A stretch of 64,000 bases of DNA from Lama glama. Taxonomy: Eukaryota. Shown here piece after piece: positions 60,931 through 64,000 of the stretch. The notes below the pieces were generated by a model that had not been told where the DNA came from, did no database searches, and saw only the letters and a list, made by a program, of their open reading frames with translations. The stretch spans positions 2,730,001 through 2,794,000 of the forward strand of contig CM052816.1 in the NCBI GenBank assembly GCA_028534125.1, in the 5' to 3' direction. Made by a program: the position numbers and the translations under genes. Each line of letters begins with the position of its first letter. The first letter of the stretch is position 1.

Positions 60931-61978
60931 GCTTACATTAAAGACTCAGTAAACACTAGCTTAGTATTGGGATGATCTTTTCTGACACTCAACTAGCAGG
61001 ATAGACGCGAAAATCACTCGAGGGAAAAAAAAATGCAGATTGTTCTATAGTGAGTCCTTCCAACTCTCGTTATGGGAATGATTTCAGACTTTAGTGTAAG
61101 TGAGGGTCTCCCACTGATAGGCAAAAACTTCCTTCCGGGAGAGGCCAAAGTGTCCCCAGCAAGAAGCGAGCATTTGCCTGGGGTTAAGGTGACTCCAGGT
61201 TATGGATTCCATATCAGGATGTGTGCGGGAGCCATCTCACGTCCAGCTCCTTGGACGGCCACGCCCAGCCAAGTCCAAAAGCCATCAGGATCAAGTAATG
61301 CGTGTGTGTCTGTATGAACAGACATGCACATACAGTTGCAGATACAGATATCTAGATGCATCACACACAAAAGCTTCTGAGATATAAGCACAGAAGAACT
61401 ACAGTAAACTCTGTTGATTGAGAGAAACTTGAAAGTTACTTAACCCTTTCCCATAAAAACCAAATTATGGAAATCAATCGAGCCTAAAACCGACCTGCCC
61501 ACTCTTTGACTCCTACGACATATGACTTCCTCTAAAAATTTAGGTCCTTTTCTAATCCAGACTATCTCGGGTTTGGAATGGTTCTATCTTCTACTCAGTG
61601 AGAAAAAAATAACCTTCTACACTGAGTACAGGCCATGCAAAAGGCTCTTTTTATATGTCATCTCATTTAGCAGACTACAGCCTGACGATTTTAGCAATCA
61701 TTTGATTGCCTCATTCTGTACAAAAAGGAAATAAAAACTTGCGTTTGTTATACATACATCTTCACCCAAAAACAACACCTGCACTTAATGCCATAAAAAC
61801 CACAAAAACACAAAAATAACAACAATCATCCAAACATGTGTTCACATAACCCTCTCATGCACTGAAAAGTAAGTGCCTGTTAACATTCAAAATCACAGAC
61901 TGGATTTCACCGTAGCAGAGACGGCATGTTCCATAAGATGCACTGGTGAAACAGAAGCGCTCAAAATAAAAAAAAAAA

Positions 61979-62229
61979 TTTTTAACATTTTTTTATTGAG
62001 TTATAATCATTTTACAATGTTGTGTCAAATTCCAGTGCAGAGCACAATTTTTCAGTTATACATGAACATATATATATATTCATTGTCGCATTTTTTTCTC
62101 TGTGAGCCACCATAAGATCTTGTATTTCCCTGTGCTATACAGTATACTCTTGTTTATCTATTCTACATTTTGAAATTCCAGTCTGTCCCTTCCCACCCCC
62201 CGCCCCCCTTGGCAACCACAAGTTGGTAT
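61979..62229 (-). mobile_element. Short 5'-truncated young L1 (3'UTR only)
   Basis: Reverse complement of the 3'UTR type seen at 40690-40940; flanked by tcaaaataaaaa (61961-61972 / 62230-62241). Confidence 0.92.
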
Positions 62230-63377
62230 TCAAAATAAAAATTTTAAAAAGAATTTGCTATTTGAGAATCATCAGAGTAAAATTAATGGGAAAAACTAAT
62301 TCTTTATTTTACTTGCTTACACTTTCCCTACAATCTTGCATGGTTTTTTATTTTCAGTTACCTACACTGGGGGTCTGCAGAGGTCAACATAATTTTTTGA
62401 GATGTTTAGGTCTTTAAAATCTTAATTGAGCCCTGAGACACAACCAAACATTGACATCCAAATTATAAAACATGGACACCCAGGCCTGATTATACAGGTC
62501 CGCCTTAGCGTGGCACTTGGTATGGCCGGAGGGGCTCTGTTCCAGCAGCCGGAGATCTGGATTCTAATTTTCACTTTCCGCTGACCATTGATAATTTGTT
62601 CAGATCTCAGTTTTCCAACGTAAAAAACAAAAGCAAAAACACCTAAATGGTCGAATTGGCATGATTTCCAACTTTCACATTAGCTTTGACTGCCTGTGAA
62701 TCCCACCTCTTGCCCAAGGTCATCCACAGCTGGGGGCCACAGAGTCAGAACTGGAGGTAATTCCTCCTCCTAGTTCAAGGCCTTTTCCACAGAGTTGCAC
62801 CTGCTCACACAAACGCCCTCTTCCTTCACTCTCCCCCAACCCCAGCTCCTCATTACCATGCATCGCCTCTCTCATCTCCTGTGCAGCCAATCCACAGCCC
62901 CCTCCCCACCCCCCACAGCTGGCTCGGCAGGTAGCGCAGGAAAAGATAGCAATGGGGAAAGACAGCCAGGCACGTTGAAGGGGTTACTTTGCCTGGGGAC
63001 CCCTTTATCTGAAGTCGTCCTCAAAAGCGGAAATGAGTTGATTTGCATTTTCCCACTGAAGCATGCAGAGTAGCTGAGGAGTGTTTCTCGTTACCAAGTA
63101 CCGTCTTCTCTGGTTTGCCCTGAGGCCTTCTCCGGGGCTGGAGTAGCTCTGAAAACACCTGTATGCTGCCCATTTAAATACATGCTTCAGACAAATCTTT
63201 TCGAGGTTTTCAAAAGGGAAAGACTAATGCTTTCCCTCCGCAGCATACATTATCCTTCCTGTGAATGCTGACGGCAGAAATTAACCCTCTCCAGACAGAC
63301 TGGCTCATTTCTAGTCTATGTATCCATGCAATGCCTGCATTCCATGTTCAGGGACTGGCAGTTAACAGCTTTCTTCT

Positions 63378-63535
63378 TCAGTCAGTCAGTCAGTCAGTCA
63401 GTCAATCATCCATAGTCAGTCAGCAAGTATTCACTAAGCATTTCCTTTGTGCAAAAGCACTGTGATGACTGCATGTAGCGTACAGAGACAACTTCAATGA
63501 GGATCTTGTTCTCAAACTTCTCACAGCTTAGCTGA
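63378..63535 (-). mobile_element. L2 3' end with a (TCAG)6 microsatellite at the tail (63378-63401)
   Basis: (tcag)6 then 'cagcaagtattcactaagcatttcctttgtgcaaaagcactgtg...gttctcaaacttctcacagcttag'. Confidence 0.7.
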
Positions 63536-63590
63536 GATCTTACCTGGGGACACTGTTTCTCAGAAACTGGCTTGGACAATATTATGGCTT

Positions 63591-63741
63591 TTTTTTTAAT
63601 TGAAGTACAGTCAGTTTACAATATTGTGCCAATTTCTGGTGTACAGCATAATAGTTCAGTCATAGAGATACGTACATACATTTGTTTTCATATTCTTTTT
63701 CATTATAGGTTACTACAAGATGTTGAATACAGTTCCCTATA
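63591..63741 (-). mobile_element. Very short 5'-truncated L1 (last ~150 nt of 3'UTR)
   Basis: Perfect 18-bp TSD tggacaatattatggctt (63573-63590 / 63742-63759); poly-T then 'aattgaagtacagtcagtttacaat...tctggtgtacagcat'. Confidence 0.95.
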
Positions 63742-64000
63742 TGGACAATATTATGGCTTACAGCATTCCACACTTGGCCCGAGGACTTCTGCAAAGTCCC
63801 GGCCTTCCTTCTCTGCTGTGCGCTTGAATCTGCCACTATCACTGGTTCATGGCTTTGGTAACTTCATGGAAGAACTGAGGGGAGTGGAGGAGAGTGGCAT
63901 CGCACACCACATGGTGGCCCTCCACCTCACTCTCCACGGGCTCCCAAAGTCCAGGTTCTCCAAGAGATGGCTTGTCTCACACCGCACACTCCTCTGTGAA

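Noticed and set aside
63041..63048. Perfect octamer ATTTGCAT
   Set aside because: A single 8-mer is expected by chance in 64 kb; copies also occur inside L1 sequence.
1..64000. CRISPR arrays, operons, prokaryotic defence systems, NUMT, viral coding insertions or processed pseudogenes
   Set aside because: No regularly spaced repeat-spacer array, no gene-dense region, and no recognisable mitochondrial, gag/pol/env or cellular-mRNA-derived sequence; the window is typical repeat-rich mammalian non-coding DNA.

Overview
Mammalian genomic DNA, very probably a camelid (camel/alpaca/llama). The evidence is a tRNA-Ala(AGC)-derived Vic-1-type SINE at 56111-56260 and no ruminant, pig, primate or carnivore SINEs that I could recognise. 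I can identify no host protein-coding exon or RNA gene, so the window reads as intronic or intergenic. It is dense in ancient repeats: MIR, L2, MLT1/LTR16-like LTRs, hAT MITEs (MER3/MER20/MER45-like), a MADE2-like mariner MITE and old L1ME-type pieces. Younger lineage-specific L1s sit on top: one full-length ~7.15-kb defective copy (21967-29121, +) and five 5'-truncated copies, most with readable target-site duplications (TSDs). There is also an ERV1-like solo LTR and two exact 500-N scaffold gaps. The only ORFs with recognisable protein similarity are L1 ORF1/ORF2 debris. I found no convincing previously undescribed biological system. The best leads are: (i) several repeat-free islands with HOX/PBX/MEIS/CDX-type motif clusters, suggesting a developmental enhancer landscape; (ii) an antisense ORF plus a perfect antisense splice donor in the L1 5'UTR, reminiscent of the primate L1 antisense promoter/ORF0; (iii) a strong splice acceptor in the long L1 inter-ORF spacer; (iv) a deletion with a locally templated insertion inside the L1; (v) two L1 insertions at homologous positions of different MIR copies. 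Repeat family names were assigned by eye from remembered consensus features and need RepeatMasker/Dfam confirmation. Boundaries of old repeats are approximate.
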